Under the pieces are notes generated by a model, which saw only the letters and a program-made list of their open reading frames with translations, did no database searches and had not been told where the DNA came from. From Octopus sinensis (Eukaryota), in NCBI RefSeq assembly GCF_006345805.1, contig NC_042997.1, forward strand, positions 69,998,001 through 70,062,000: DNA of 64,000 nt, given 5' to 3'. Shown in pieces: positions 1 to 17,175 of this stretch. Both the position numbers and the translations under genes were made by a program. Within the stretch, counting starts at the first letter, position 1. Each line of letters opens with the position of its first letter.

Positions 1-50
1 CATGCAAACGCACACACACACATATATACACATACACACACACATACTCA

Positions 51-82
<32 letters not shown>

Positions 83-752
83 AACACACACATGCATTCA
101 CCTTTATGCACTTGTGTGTGTGAAATTGCGTGTATGTATATATAAGGGTTATGTTGAGCTATAAAACTATCAACAAATCTATATGAATCAATATCAAATA
201 AACAGTCAGGTCCTGTATCTTCTTTTGCCCTTTTCCTCCTCTCCCTTACTCCCTTACTCTCTCCCTGTCCCTCTTCCACTCTCTGTGTGTCTGTCTGTCA
301 GTCTCTCTCTTTCGCTCTCTCTCTCTCTCTTCATGTACGTACAATATCATACACACATCTACATTAACACATATCAGTAAAAAAAAGCACTTGTTAACTA
401 CATCAATATTCTTAATTTTCACTTCTTACTGTCGTGTATCTATCATTTCTTTCTGACGCATAATTAATGTTGAAAGCGTAGAAAATGAAAGCAGAAGCTT
501 TATGCAGAAATATTTTTTCTGAAAAAGTAGCTTAAATTAAAAAAAAAAATATATTTCTTGTAAAATATCCGCGAAAATAATTTAAAAGAAGTATATCTAT
601 AAACAATAAAAGCACCACAAAAATATATACGCAAAATATTCGATTCATAAACAAATCAATACTCACTACATTGCAAGTGCCAAATTTCTAAGTTTGCTTT
701 ACTTGAAAGTTGCCAGAATTTCCCTTTATACATACATACATATATATATATA

Positions 753-824
<72 letters not shown>

Positions 825-940
825 ACACACACACACATATATACACATATATGTAATATATATATATATATATATACACACACACGCGCACACATGCACA
901 TACATACACGTATATATAGAAAAATTTATACATATATATA

Positions 941-1001
<61 letters not shown>

Positions 1002-1799
1002 TTTTTCAGATATGTTTTGGATAATTTTCGCATTTTCCTATTTTCTTTTTTGTGTGAAACTTTAAATAATTTCGCTTCAGTATTTACAAGCACATACACA
1101 AATACACTTACACACATGCACATAAAAACGCGCGCGTGCCCATACACACACGTACAGACGTGCATGCATACATATATATACTCGACAGTGTGTAAGGGAG
1201 TACATATACACATACACCCACGATGTAATGCTAATAAATACAAGGGTTTCGTTATGCATAGACATACTGAAACATCCGACACACTCACATGCATGTTTTC
1301 GTATTTATCAATAAATGTGTGTGTGCGTGTGTGTGTGTGTGTATTTGGGTGTGTGGGAGTGTATGTGCATATCCACACACGCACACGCGCGCGCACGTGT
1401 ATGTGCATGCAAGCTATGTGTATATTGAACGTGTGTAAAAAATAATTCGAACTCGCTATTTTTCTGCAGTGTCATAGAGATAATATTTTTTTTATTTACT
1501 CCTTGTTTCATTTACTGTTTCAAGTCTTTCAATTTTTTTCATTAATTATGGTCTTTTCTGACTCATGACGTGTCGTGAAAATTTATACACCTGCCGGTGT
1601 TTGGTATTTGAGCATGCACATAAAATATCTCCACACAAAGGAGAAAAAAACACATACAAATGCAACTGCACACAATATTCACATGCACTGAGAGAGGAAA
1701 CACAGAAAAGGAACGTCTAGTCAAATCAGCAGCGTTGACGGACATATTACACATATCATACACAGCACATGTACATACACGCACGGCTGCACACACACA

Positions 1800-1853
<54 letters not shown>
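1..1853. repeat. Cluster of (CA)n, (TA)n and (CT)n microsatellites
   Basis: Direct: e.g. (CA)n 755-837 and 1789-1853, (TA)n ~945-999. ORFs here are dinucleotide read-throughs (HTHT, YIYI). Confidence 0.95.
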
Positions 1854-1854
<1 letters not shown>

Positions 1855-2544
1855 GCTAATATTTAGGCTTGGGGTTAATGACTAATATCCGTCTTTGCCG
1901 GGTTATGAAAGACTTGGATTTATGCTTTCGTTGGCAGAGAAAAGGGTTATATTAACGTCTCTCTTCACCCGGACACCAATATAAACTATAAAGTGATATT
2001 TTCAGACCCTACTCTCGGGAGAGCTGATATGTTCTTGGAGACTGATAGACCGCAACATAAATATAAACGATAGAGCTTCTACCATCGGTATTACCCATTA
2101 CTTCAATCTGAGTGTTTATCAATAGGTTTTGACATCTGTTTGTTACATATTGATTAGTAAAAGATGCAGTGAGAAATGGACAGCATTATGAGTACTCAAT
2201 GAAGTACAAATTAACATGGAACATAAATATAAAAAAGAAAAAAAATATCAAAAAGTGAAAAATATATTTTTACAAACAAAATGATAGTCCAATAAAATAC
2301 TAAAGGATAGTGAAATATAACATGATTGAATCATGCAGAAGCAATGTTGTTATTCTCGGTAAGAACCGAAGACAACGACAGCATGAAGCTTGAGAACATC
2401 GTAGAAAATTCCTATTGGATATTTCTTGTCTGGCTGTGGTTCCTTTCCAGAATGTATCACGGACACTCTCGATGATCCACTTTCCAAGGAGACTACATCA
2501 AAACTTATACTTTTATTAATTAATGAGTATCTACGATGTTATTT

Positions 2545-2900
2545 CTAAATATACATATCCATAAAATTGGTTAGTTTCCTGGATGTGATGTTAAACTTAG
2601 GAAACCGAACGAGATGCCTTTGTATACACGCGTCATGAACATTAACTTATACACACCGTGCCAAGTTTGAAATTCTTTTTAGAACAGAAATCCAATACAG
2701 CATCTTTCAATATGTAATGATAATTTTGTGAGGATTCATTCAAATTCATTAAAATAAACATAGCAAAGAAACTATATCTAAACAAGAACAATGTTTTTAT
2801 GACAATCAAGAAGTGAGCAGTATTCCTGAAATTTTTCAGAATCTTAGAGAATGAGAGAATGAAGAAGGACGGAATTATCTTCATACTTGAGATATCATTC
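2545..2900 (+). mobile_element. Decayed Penelope-like element RT fragment
   Basis: Translates in pieces as LVSFLDVMLNL (2567-2600) then KPNEMPL..HAS, matching PLE RT motifs FLD and KP..PLYIH..SNHP; broken frames. Confidence 0.5.
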
Positions 2901-3989
2901 GAAAGCTTGCAACAGACTGGATTGGGTTAAAAGTATCCAAGTGTCATTTGATGTTAAAAAAGGTGATGTCAACTAACTTTTCCAGGTGAACAAACATTTG
3001 GATAGCCTTCTATATAACTTATAACACCTAAATTTGACACGCAAGTCTTTGAGTGACTCGAGGTTATAGTAATAAACACGCTCCAGCATGCGGCGTAACA
3101 GGTTTGTTTATTGAAAAAGTTATCCCACAAATAAATATTTATTATTCTACAGAATGATAGTTTGTTAGCGGGAGCCAGTATTTCATTAGAGGAATTGAAT
3201 GTAGTGCTCTAACTAACAAATGAACATATTTCATTGTCTTGAAATCTATAATCAAAATCTGAATAATTATCAATTTTCGCAAATTCTGTCTTATCATACT
3301 GTAATTTAAAGGTATAACAATGCTAAATGTAAAATATATATGATTCTCTGTCGTCAAAAACACCAGCTTCACTTCGATCTAAGGTTTGCTTATTAAATTT
3401 ATATTAGATCTTTCCTTGGACTCTTACTCGTACGTATTTCGACAAAATGTTTGCAAAATATTGTAGAAAATAAATTCTAATGATTCTGAGATGTATTAGA
3501 ATATACCCTCATGTTCTCAATTTAAATATTTCTGGACTGAAATTTCATGGACAGTCCTCAACGGAGTACTTCTTCTGCTTTCCTTCTGAAAGCTAACATT
3601 GAATGATATCGCGAATATACAGCAGAAGCTATCCTTTGTTTGGATTTTAACTGATGTACCTTACACTCATAAAATCTTTCGCAATATTCAGTAGAATTTA
3701 TAATCATAAGTATTTTTAAGACTGTCTTAAAATTTGATAAAGTAGCAAGTTTTCATTATATTTATTATCTTTCTAAAGTTGACTTCCAGTCTACGTTATT
3801 TTTTACAGTTATTAGCATCTATATGTGCAATAGAATTTAGTATGTAGGAAAATTATAATGTTTATTATATTTTATTTATAGCTGTTTTATTCTTTACGTA
3901 TTGGCCAACCTATTGCTTTCCAATGCTTACTCACCATATTTAGTAAGCTGTTAGTTGGGATTGCTGGGACGGAGCGTTACTGAGAAATA

Positions 3990-4800
3990 AACATCCATGT
4001 TGAAAGGATTATTTTTTCTAAGTATGCATGGGCTGAGATCTCTGAGTTTGTTGACTTTGGTGATGCTTTCAACACGTCATGGAAAAGTTTGAAATAATGG
4101 CCTAAGAATATTAGACAGAAACGAGGCAGGAAGCAAAAATACCAACTCTATAGAATTCCGAAAAATGCTGATGGCGAATGATTATTCATACACTTTTACT
4201 AAACGCCAGGACATCACCAGAACACGTAGCACAACCCACACATCCAAGGATAGCATGTGTTTTCTGAAACTGCTACATTTTAAGGAAAGAAAAAACAACT
4301 GCAATTCATCGTAAGGAGAGATTGAATATATGACTGACTCACTCCGAGCCTTCTCTGAGGAGCGACCGGACTAAAAACAAGCCAAGACATAACAACACCT
4401 TATGTACATTGCCCTACTGCCCGAATAAAGGTGAAAGTGTCTGCGGCTCTATGCATTGTATAAAATCATATGTAATAAATGTAAAGAATTCTTAATCGGA
4501 AGTATCATCAGAGAAGTTAACATACGGGCTAAAGAACATTTCTATGCAACTACATCTTCCGTCCAAAAACACCTACAGATATGCCGACTCATGACATCCA
4601 AGCTCTTTGAATTATCAATTAATAACAGAATGAAATTGCAAGTGCTGGTTAGATACTAAAGTAACACAAAACAACCCTTCATACACACACACTACAGAGC
4701 TAAGATACCAACTTTCAACACCCTTTCTCTCTAAATTTCCTAAAGAAGGGGCCCCAAGCTTGAAATATTGAAATATCAGGTGGTACTACTAACCATCGCC
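3990..4800 (+). mobile_element. Decayed Penelope-like element 3' part (GIY-YIG endonuclease remnant plus degenerate hammerhead)
   Basis: ORF 4456-4659 YKIICNKCKEFLIGSIIREVNIRAKEH fits the PLE GIY-YIG pattern Y.I.C..C...YIG.T.R....R..EH; followed by TTTC-CTAAAGA-A-stem-GAAA-TATT-GAAA at 4736-4773. Confidence 0.65.
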
Positions 4801-5547
4801 CTGTATCATTAATTTTAATTACTTACATTGTTTTGGCTTTAAAAAATATTTAATACACTCACACACACAAATACAGTGCATAGTAAATGAGAGTCTTTGA
4901 GACTGTCACAACCCAGAAGACTAAAGAAGCCCTGAGATTCCTTGGTTTTCACAGAAAAAGTAAACTAATGAGATATATTTTTGCAATTAAAACATACAAC
5001 CTTTTCAAAAGTAATGATTTACCAGTTGAATAGAAAAATAAGACGACTTAATAATACTCTAAATCTCCAGATGACTCAGTTGTTCTTTACCATGGCTGGC
5101 GTTGCTACATTAATTTAACTAAGTACTGACTGAACTGTTGGATTTTGATAAGTCATTTGTTTTGTCTGTGACCAGTTTTAATGGTTGACAACATTTTTCA
5201 CTGTTCTAATTTCTTTATGAATAATTCGTCCCAGTTTTTTTTCTCGTTCAACTGACAAATTTTTTAGCACTTTAATTACTGAGACAGTTTGAAGACATTG
5301 ATTTCTTACCTATCATCAAACCAAAAATTTGGGAGGAGAGAACAGTCCTTTATATCGATTCCAGTATACGGATGGTACTTATTTTATTGAACATCACCTC
5401 CAAGAATAAAATACCAAATTGACCTCGGCGTCATTGATCATACCTGTCTGAACTCGTATTTGAAATACCACTTGCTCACCGAATGCTCTTATATAGATGC
5501 ACGATGGTTGTCATATTTACCTTTCATTTAGCTAATTCCTTCCTCAG

Positions 5548-5790
5548 AGTGAAGGCGCGTGGTCTAGTGTTTAGAATGTTGTACTTACGATCGCATGATC
5601 GTGGTTTCGATTCCTTGGGTTGGGTAGGTGTTGTTTTCTTGTTCAAAACGCTTCATTATTCATTGTTTCAGTCTCTTCAAATGAGTTCTGTCTCGTTGAG
5701 AGGGAATGTTGTGATCTCAGTCTCTTACTGCCATGGAAACCGAGTAACCGGTCCTATGAGTCCCAAAACTCGAGACAGTAAAAAAAGAAA
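5548..5790 (+). mobile_element. tRNA-derived SINE (diverged)
   Basis: A-box-like TGGTCTAGTGT (5560), B-box-like GTTTCGATTCC (5604), A-rich tail at 5780-5800. Confidence 0.65.
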
Positions 5791-6406
5791 AAAAAAAAAC
5801 TACTTTTCGTATTTTCATACGATCTTGGAGTCAGTGTTAGATGTTCTTTTTTCAGTTCACAAGTATGGTTAGGTAAATATATTAAACATTTCCTTGTCTT
5901 AAATTGTAGATATACAAGATCGTTATTGCACGGAAGTTTTTACTTTCTTCACACAAGTTTTGCCTGTCCCTTCGCAGCACTGTAAACTAATGGAGTGGTT
6001 ACAATCATGACAGACTGATTAAGTATATATGTCTAACATTTTCTTGTTGCATAAAAACAATTATCACTAAAGAAGAACAATATCGTACGACGGTTTTTAT
6101 TTCACACTGTTCCTTAAGAACCTTGTTTAAAACTTCCATCTGAAATCTGATACCATATTTCTTCCGATAAGTTTCTTACTTACAATATATACCAGCAGAA
6201 TTCCATGTTATTCTGTCTTTGTGTATTTTTCCATTACGCTCCTGTTTAAACATGACTGTTAAATGGCTATCACATACATACATAATCACATACATATATA
6301 ATCACATGCATACATAATATTCCAAATACTGTTATTTTCCTCTTTAATTTTAAATACACCTTTAATTCCTTGTTTTCATTTATTTAGTGAGCTTGTATAT
6401 TTCGTT

Positions 6407-6426
6407 CACTACTACTACTACTACTA

Positions 6427-6480
<54 letters not shown>

Positions 6481-6500
6481 ACTACTACTACTACTACTAC
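6407..6500. repeat. (ACT)n microsatellite
   Basis: Direct. Confidence 0.95.
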
Positions 6501-7767
6501 TTATATAGGAGTGTTAAATATCAGAAATAATACAGTGATGGACTAGCTACCTTTCAGTATTTATATTTAGTTATGCTTTAATGCGCAAGTCCTGCGATCA
6601 AAGATTCGATGTTTGTTGATTACCTTGATGAACTGCAGATCAGTGCTTATCGAAGAAACCGCTGGGTGAAAATATTCTAACCATGACCACCAATTTGTTT
6701 GAAGCGTATCTAAGACGATATTATACATGTGCTTGACAGTTCATGGTATTTTGAGAGGAATTGACTATTACTTTCAGTAAGTCAAGCAACCATGTTGAGA
6801 CTCTTCCGTTTGCTATTTTTTATCGTTAAGTGCGAAGCAAAAGCATTATTCAGTTCTAAGTTCATAACCCACTGACGCTGTTATTGTTTTTCACCCCTTG
6901 GTGTCAATAAAATATATTCTATATCTCAGTGTTATGGTCGATTTCAATCCTTATATTAATCTTCCAAAATGTGTTGACTTGCATGCTTATTTCCTCGGCA
7001 AACACTATTAAAAGGAAACTGAATAGCATTTATCTCAGAAACTTTTGCGAAGATCTTCTATCATTGTCCTCACAACTAGACTATAAAATAATTCTAAAAT
7101 CTATAGATTGGCCAAATTGATAGAGTAACAGACAAACTATCCCGCGGGATTCAGTTACTTCCCTTTACGTTTCCAAATTCAAATATCACGGAGGTCAGTT
7201 TAACGTTTCGTCCTTCCAGTGCTGATGAAGTAAATACTAATCAAATATTTACAGAACCCTTCTACCAAAACCCCAGCCATGTGTCTACTTTAAAAATCAA
7301 TATTCTTTGGCTTCTCATTTGTTTTCTTTTTACATTTACATAACTCTGCAACAGATGTTTTGATTTTGTATTTTACTCTATTCGTTGTTTCAGCTTGAAT
7401 ACTTAATTTTCACTTTGCAGATGTGGTTGTTCTTGTTTAATTCAAACCCAGGTTTTAATCAGTTAAAGAAATGATCAAAGGAAATTCAGCTGTGACCATC
7501 CCGGCTTTTTAGGTGTATATAATTCATAATTATCTTCTTTGTACATTTCTGTTTTAAGACACGTACGCATGGAAAATGCTGCTACATCTAACAGTGACCA
7601 GATATAGAAGCTCCCTGTTCTGCATTTTTTATAGTAATTGTAGTTGATGGTTGGCTTCAGACAAGATCTAAGCGAACAGATTCCAATCGAAATCAGTCAT
7701 CTGAATCTAAGACCACATCACCCTTTGTGTTATTCTCTTTCTTTAATGAAAGAAGTGTGGGGTACAA

Positions 7768-7985
7768 AGGCGGTGAGCTGGCCGAAATGCTTAGCGGGAT
7801 TTCGTCTGAGTTACGTTACGTTCTGAGTTCAAATTCCGCCGAGATAGACTTTGTCTTTCATCCTTTCGGGGGTGATAAATTAAGTACCAGTTACGCACTG
7901 GGGTTGATCTAATCGGCTCAATCCCTTTGTCTGTCCTTGTTTGTCACCTTTATGTTTAGCCCCTTGTGGGCAATAAAGAAATAAG
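7768..7985 (+). mobile_element. tRNA-SINE family B (head GGCGGCGAGCTGG...GAGTTCAAATTCC)
   Basis: B box GAGTTCAAATTCC at 7825; body TTTCATCCTTTCGGGGTCGATAAATTAAGTACC shared with more than 10 copies in the window. Confidence 0.85.
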
Positions 7986-8629
7986 AAGTGTGGGGTACAA
8001 GGAAGATTTCTTATTCATTTCTAACAGATCGAGCGACCTCGTTGAATGCCTTGGTTTGTAGATGTTGAATGTTGTTATAATGTTGTTTCGAATAACATAT
8101 AAGTAAGTATAAAGGCTAAGAATAAAAGGACATTTTGAGTAGAAAGAGAAAATGTATAGAGAAAGGCTGGGAAAGGAGGAGTGGCGAGAATAGAAAGAGT
8201 AAAATATAAAGTATGAATTTATTAGTATAGGTTGAGAGAAATAAACAGAGGGCGCGCGCGAACGAGAGAGAGAAAATAAGTCAAAGTGTATGTTTGCGTG
8301 TGTATGAATGAGTACACGTTTGAACGTATGCCTATTGTGTGCTTATATGTGTCAATGTGAATGTTATGCCAGTGAATATACGTATATATGTGAATGATAC
8401 TTTTGTGCGTAAATGTGTGTGCGTGTATGTGTGTGTGCGTATTTGCGTGTATGTGTGTGTGCGTGTATGAGTTTGTATATAGCGAATTTGGGAGTTCGTT
8501 CTGGACTACCGACCATGCATAACTCAACTTGTACATTTTCTTTTTCTTTTAACTTAGTATAAGAAGGCACATCTGGTTGAGCCATACACGCACGCTTACA
8601 CATACACACAGATACACACACACACATAC

Positions 8630-8693
<64 letters not shown>

Positions 8694-8755
8694 TTATCTA
8701 ACTAACTCTCTACCTTTCTTTCCCCTCTCTCTCTCTCTCCCTCTCTCTCTCTCTC

Positions 8756-8807
<52 letters not shown>

Positions 8808-9183
8808 TGAAAAAAAATACCTTCAAGTTTGTGCCTTGGTTTAATATTAACACTGCCGCTTTTGAACAAAGAGGAAATATTACCTGAACAGTTTGATTCC
8901 GGGACCAGAAGGATTTGTAAGACTATGATGGCAGGTATTTGTTTGATAACGGATTGCTAGATGTCAAAAACGATAACAAATACAGTTTGAAGATATAGCG
9001 AGACCATTTCCAAAGAGACAACTGGATTAGATAAAAAAAATGGATCAATTTAATTTCATAAAAATGTCATATTCTGGAAATTTAACAAGTTCCAGTCATT
9101 TCAAGAGCAACCTAGGTATCTCCACTAATTGAAACTAAATTCACACTGCTTATGATTAAACCGAAAATCTTTATATCTTAAAA

Positions 9184-9280
9184 CAAGGTTTCTCAACCAA
9201 TTTACTAATTTGTTGCGTGGACTTCAAAAAGTCTTGTATGGCTCCTCAGGTGTGATATGGACACCGGTTGAAAACCACTG
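9184..9280. mobile_element. Short hAT-type MITE
   Basis: Ends CAAGGTTTCTCAACC / GGTTGAAAACCACTG are imperfect inverted repeats like those of the MITEs at 16095, 42274 and 49120. Confidence 0.55.
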
Positions 9281-9951
9281 CCTAAAAGTCACTTATCCAA
9301 AACTATCACCGATTTAATATTCATATTTTAACACGTATGACCAAATCGATCTAGAAGCAAAGAATTGATGCTGCTCTTAAATTAGATTATACAGTAGAAA
9401 CCTTAACTCTATGGAAATTTGATTACACATCTAAAAATCATTCAATGTAAATTCATAGTAGAATTAAGCATAATCTGTAATAATATACTTTGTCCATTTA
9501 TTCATAGGACTAGTAAAGTTGCACATCACCCTCTGCGGCATAATTGTTTCTTAGTAATATAATGATCTAGAAATATCCACGATTAATCAAATTGTTTGTT
9601 TACTTAGTTTGATATGGTGGATTTCTATCTTTCTATCACTAAGCCACCTCTTCTAAAAAATGCGTTTTTCATTAATACGATCTTATGCTTTCTTCCCTTG
9701 TGTTGTATGAGGTACGTTGCAAACTATACTGTTATGGATTGATAGAACCATTGTATATACAGTTAAAATTATATGATACTTCCAGGCAATCTTTCTTTGT
9801 TTCATACTTTTAATTAACCTCTTCCTTTCTGTTTTAAGCACAGCAAAAACGGCACACATTGTTATATGTGTGTGCGTTTATCTAAAGGATATCCGTCAGT
9901 CAAGGACGAACATTTGTTTGCAACTAATCACGATTCAGCCAGCTTGCCGCC

Positions 9952-13933
<3,982 letters not shown>

Positions 13934-13934
13934 T

Positions 13935-14020
13935 GAGAAATCGCAATTGACATGAGAGTAGAGCAAGTCCAAAAACTATTCTGCTCTGGACAGCTAGGAT
14001 TTTGAGATCGGTATTTGTAT
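13935..14020 (+). mobile_element. Tiny 3' remnant of another R4/RLE element
   Basis: Reads RVEQVQK/TILLWTARILRSVF (one frameshift), paralleling the C-terminus EVQKIVLMGTAHILRKIL of the intact element. Confidence 0.55.
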
Positions 14021-14099
14021 GTTGAATGTCTTTCACAATAATTAACAACAAATTATCAAAGCTTATAATGTACAGAAAGAAATTTTGTGAGGCCTCTGC

Positions 14100-14850
14100 C
14101 AACAAGCTGCTGTCCGCTCTCATAGAATCAAACAAAGCCAACAAGATCGAGTGTTCTACCATACAGGTTTAACGCACCTCTGCAGAATATTTGGGAAGAG
14201 AGTCGAAAGCGTGATTCACATTGTCAGTGCTTTTGAAAGTCATGGGCAGAAAGAGTTCAAGCGTAGACACGTCAAGGTAGCCCAAAACCTCCACTGGCTA
14301 CTATGCCGCAAGTAAGGATATGAGGTTAGGGGTGCTTGGTACCAACATACACCGGAAAAGGTAATGGACGAAAAGAGGAAGGCAAAAAACCTCTGGGACT
14401 TTGACTTCCAGAGTATTAGAGCCCTGAAAGCCGGATATTGTAACGTTTAGCGGGGACAAACAAGCGTGCCTAATAATTGATGTGGCAGTACCAGGGGATC
14501 AACATATCATCATGAAAGAAAGAGAAAAAGTTGATAGATATGGAGATCTGAGAAGTGGGATCACTGAGATGTGGCAGCTACGAGAGTCAAATATAAAGGT
14601 TATCCCTATTGTTATCGGAGCATTGGGTTCAACACCACTCAATCTGAAAAAAAAACATCTGAAAATTTTAGAAATACCCTACAATCTAGGTGTATTGCAA
14701 AAGTCGGTATTACTTGGAACTGCACGCATATTGCATAAAGTACTGTCTGTCTGAGGTCCTTGTTGTGACTTGACAAACAGTACAAAACCCTCGGTAGACA
14801 ATATCTTCAATCAACAACCTCATGATATTGTATATTGTGCGACGTCTACT
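14100..14850 (+). mobile_element. 5'-truncated, decayed R4/Dong element of a second family
   Basis: LCRIFGKRVESVIHIVS (knuckle), RRHVKVAQNLHW, IIDVAVP, IPIVIGALG, LQKSVLLGTARILHKVL; stops and frameshifts; ends in ATGATAATAAT. Confidence 0.85.
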
Positions 14851-16094
14851 ATGATAATAATTATAACAAGAGCACTCAGAGAGCGCAAACCTCCGCCAAG
14901 GCAACACCAACGCCCTCTCAACGATTAGCCGGAGATGATTTTTAAAATGAGAATATTTGAACGAGAATACTAAAAAGAACCTGACCGCTCTCAAAAATTA
15001 AGTAAACAACAGGAAAAATAATCTAGAATCCTTGTTCGGTACCAGATCGATTCTAAAATCCTAGTTAAGTGAAATTTGGTAGAGTTTGTGCTGATGCCAA
15101 TCGAATATATATCTTTGGAGGGATTCTTCGCAAGAGTATCATCCTTGCGGTATCATGCAAAATACCCCATACAAAAATACCTGGTGCAACTTTTCTCTGG
15201 AAGACATTCAGTTTACTTTGATTTTTGTTCTTCGCGGAGGTCGATAAAAATTGGATTTTAATAAATCAATATGACCGACTAAAACTCCTGAAGCATTAGC
15301 ATCAACTTGGTTTCAGTCCAGTGAGTGAAGTTAGGAAAGTGATAAAAGAATACCATATATCATAAATTAGTATTTCTAGTATTCTATTATTCGATAGATC
15401 AATATGTGCACGCTCGATTATATACAAACACACGCACATATACGTGTGTTAGGAGGTGTTTAAGAACAGTACATACAAAAGAAAAAATGAAAATGGCGAT
15501 GAAAAAGAGAGAAAGAGTAAGGTTTTAAATGTTACCTAGACACTATTGTTATCTATTTCTCAGTCTTGATAATACATTTAGCTTGCAGGGATTATTCTGA
15601 CGGCTTTGCAAGTTTAGCGAGATGTAATTAAAAATCTTCCCTACTGTTCATAAGATAAATTGTATGCAGCAGTTCTCCTCCAAATCTTTGTTATTATTGT
15701 GCTGTGTATATCACACCTGTGTATTCCTCATCGATGTTATGTGATACCTTATTTTCTTCTGTATAGATTGAAGATCTCTGCGTTAGAATAATGAGTGTGG
15801 TTTTGCTTAAACTATTGGACACCGGATGCTCACTGGCCCCCCTATATATAACAACTAAACTTCTTCAAATTTTCTATCGTTTTAACAAATCACTGACCCC
15901 ATTGGATAATTTAATCCTATATCGTGAAAGAACGGGATAATCACGAATAGAATTATGTTAAACACGGTTTCGCTCGAATATAGCTGACCAGGCATTAAAC
16001 AATCAGTTAAGATATAAGCGACCTTGTTACTGTATCTGCGTCGTGTATTTATTTAGAACATGACATTTACAACAACGAGATAATTCTCCTAGAC

Positions 16095-16346
16095 CAGTGG
16101 TTCTCAATTGGGGCGATATGGTCTTTGGCTGTCTTTATAGAATTTTGTAGTTAAAATTTATCGCCAGTAAATTGGTTATATTTCTACAATACACAAAATA
16201 TTGTAATGAATATTTTATGCAATCCCTAATGATATTTAATTATAAAAAAATAATAGAATATTTTAACATCGAATAGCTCAGAGGGTTCACCCGAGTAAAA
16301 TAAGAATCAAAACGGTCCATATGTAAAAAGTGATTGAGAAACTCTG
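16095..16346. mobile_element. hAT-type MITE
   Basis: TIRs CAGTGGTTCTCAA / TTGAGAAACTCTG; 8-bp TSD TCCTAGAC / TCCTAGAT; related to 49120-49366. Confidence 0.8.
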
Positions 16347-16612
16347 TCCTAGATATTTCGCCAATAAAGGCAATCAGCGGGAGTACTGTAAAACAGTATC
16401 ATTCTTATAGTGATGAATTCAATTTTCTCTAGTGACCCAGAGAGAATAATATATTTCGCTGTTAAAGATGAAGTTAAACAGTTCTGTATTTAAGAGATGA
16501 GGACACAACAACCTCCTAAGCAGAATGAGTTTAGATATGAGTAGCATCTGGGAACCGGCATTAAGGAAGGATAGGAAAATAGATTTATAAGCCCTAAAAT
16601 TCACTCCATAAT

Positions 16613-16850
16613 TGCCCACGAGCATATGGAGTAGTGGTTAAGAGCGAGGGCTACTAACCCCAAAATTCCAAGTTCGATTCCAAGCAGTGACCTGAATAAT
16701 AATAATAACAATAGTAATAATACCATCGAAAAATACCTTAGGGATGAGAATCCAAGTCCCCAATCCACCTGATGAAGGCTGGAGGGTATATCAGCCGAAA
16801 AGTTGTGTTAACAACAAGATGCGGACAGATATCCGTCAAATGTAAATAAT
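16613..16850 (+). mobile_element. tRNA-derived SINE carrying a hammerhead ribozyme motif in its 3' part
   Basis: A box TGGAGTAGTGG 16627, B box AGTTCGATTCC 16671, internal (AAT)n, then hammerhead motif 16766-16807. Confidence 0.75.
16766..16807 (+). ncRNA. Minimal type I hammerhead motif (one substitution after GAAA)
   Basis: CAC-CTGATGA-A-GGCTG(gagggtatat)CAGCC-GAAA-AG-TT-GTG; stem I CAC/GTG, stem II 5 bp. Confidence 0.7.
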
Positions 16851-17175
16851 GAAGATGAAGTTATATTTAACAGTCAATATATTGAGAATAAAAAGCTAAC
16901 TTGAAATAATTATGCCATAAGGTTAAATCTCATGATGTATGTATGATTTTAGTGAACGGAAACTGTAGAATGTTATAACTTAAAACATTAATGGAAGAAA
17001 ATAGCTCGTCAAAAGATTATAAAAGTGGTTAAACTACAGCTGGTTCGTCAGCTATTAGTGAGGGTCAATGCGACAAGTTTTGGCTTTTGTAAGACGCCTC
17101 ATCGAATCTTGCACTACGACTGCTGAAGATAAGAAGGAATATCATACGAATATTTCGTTGCAAAATCTGCGAGGA

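Noticed and set aside
656-1866. Many short ORFs rich in YI, HT, CV or LS repeats (here and throughout the window)
   Set aside because: Translations of stop-free microsatellites, not genes.
16613-16690. Genuine tRNA gene
   Set aside because: No proper acceptor stem or poly-T terminator; continues into a repeat body, so called a SINE head.
17060-17110. Hammerhead-like trace on minus (TCGATGA-GGC..GCC-AAAA-CTTGTC)
   Set aside because: Both core boxes altered and stem I unpaired; could be chance.
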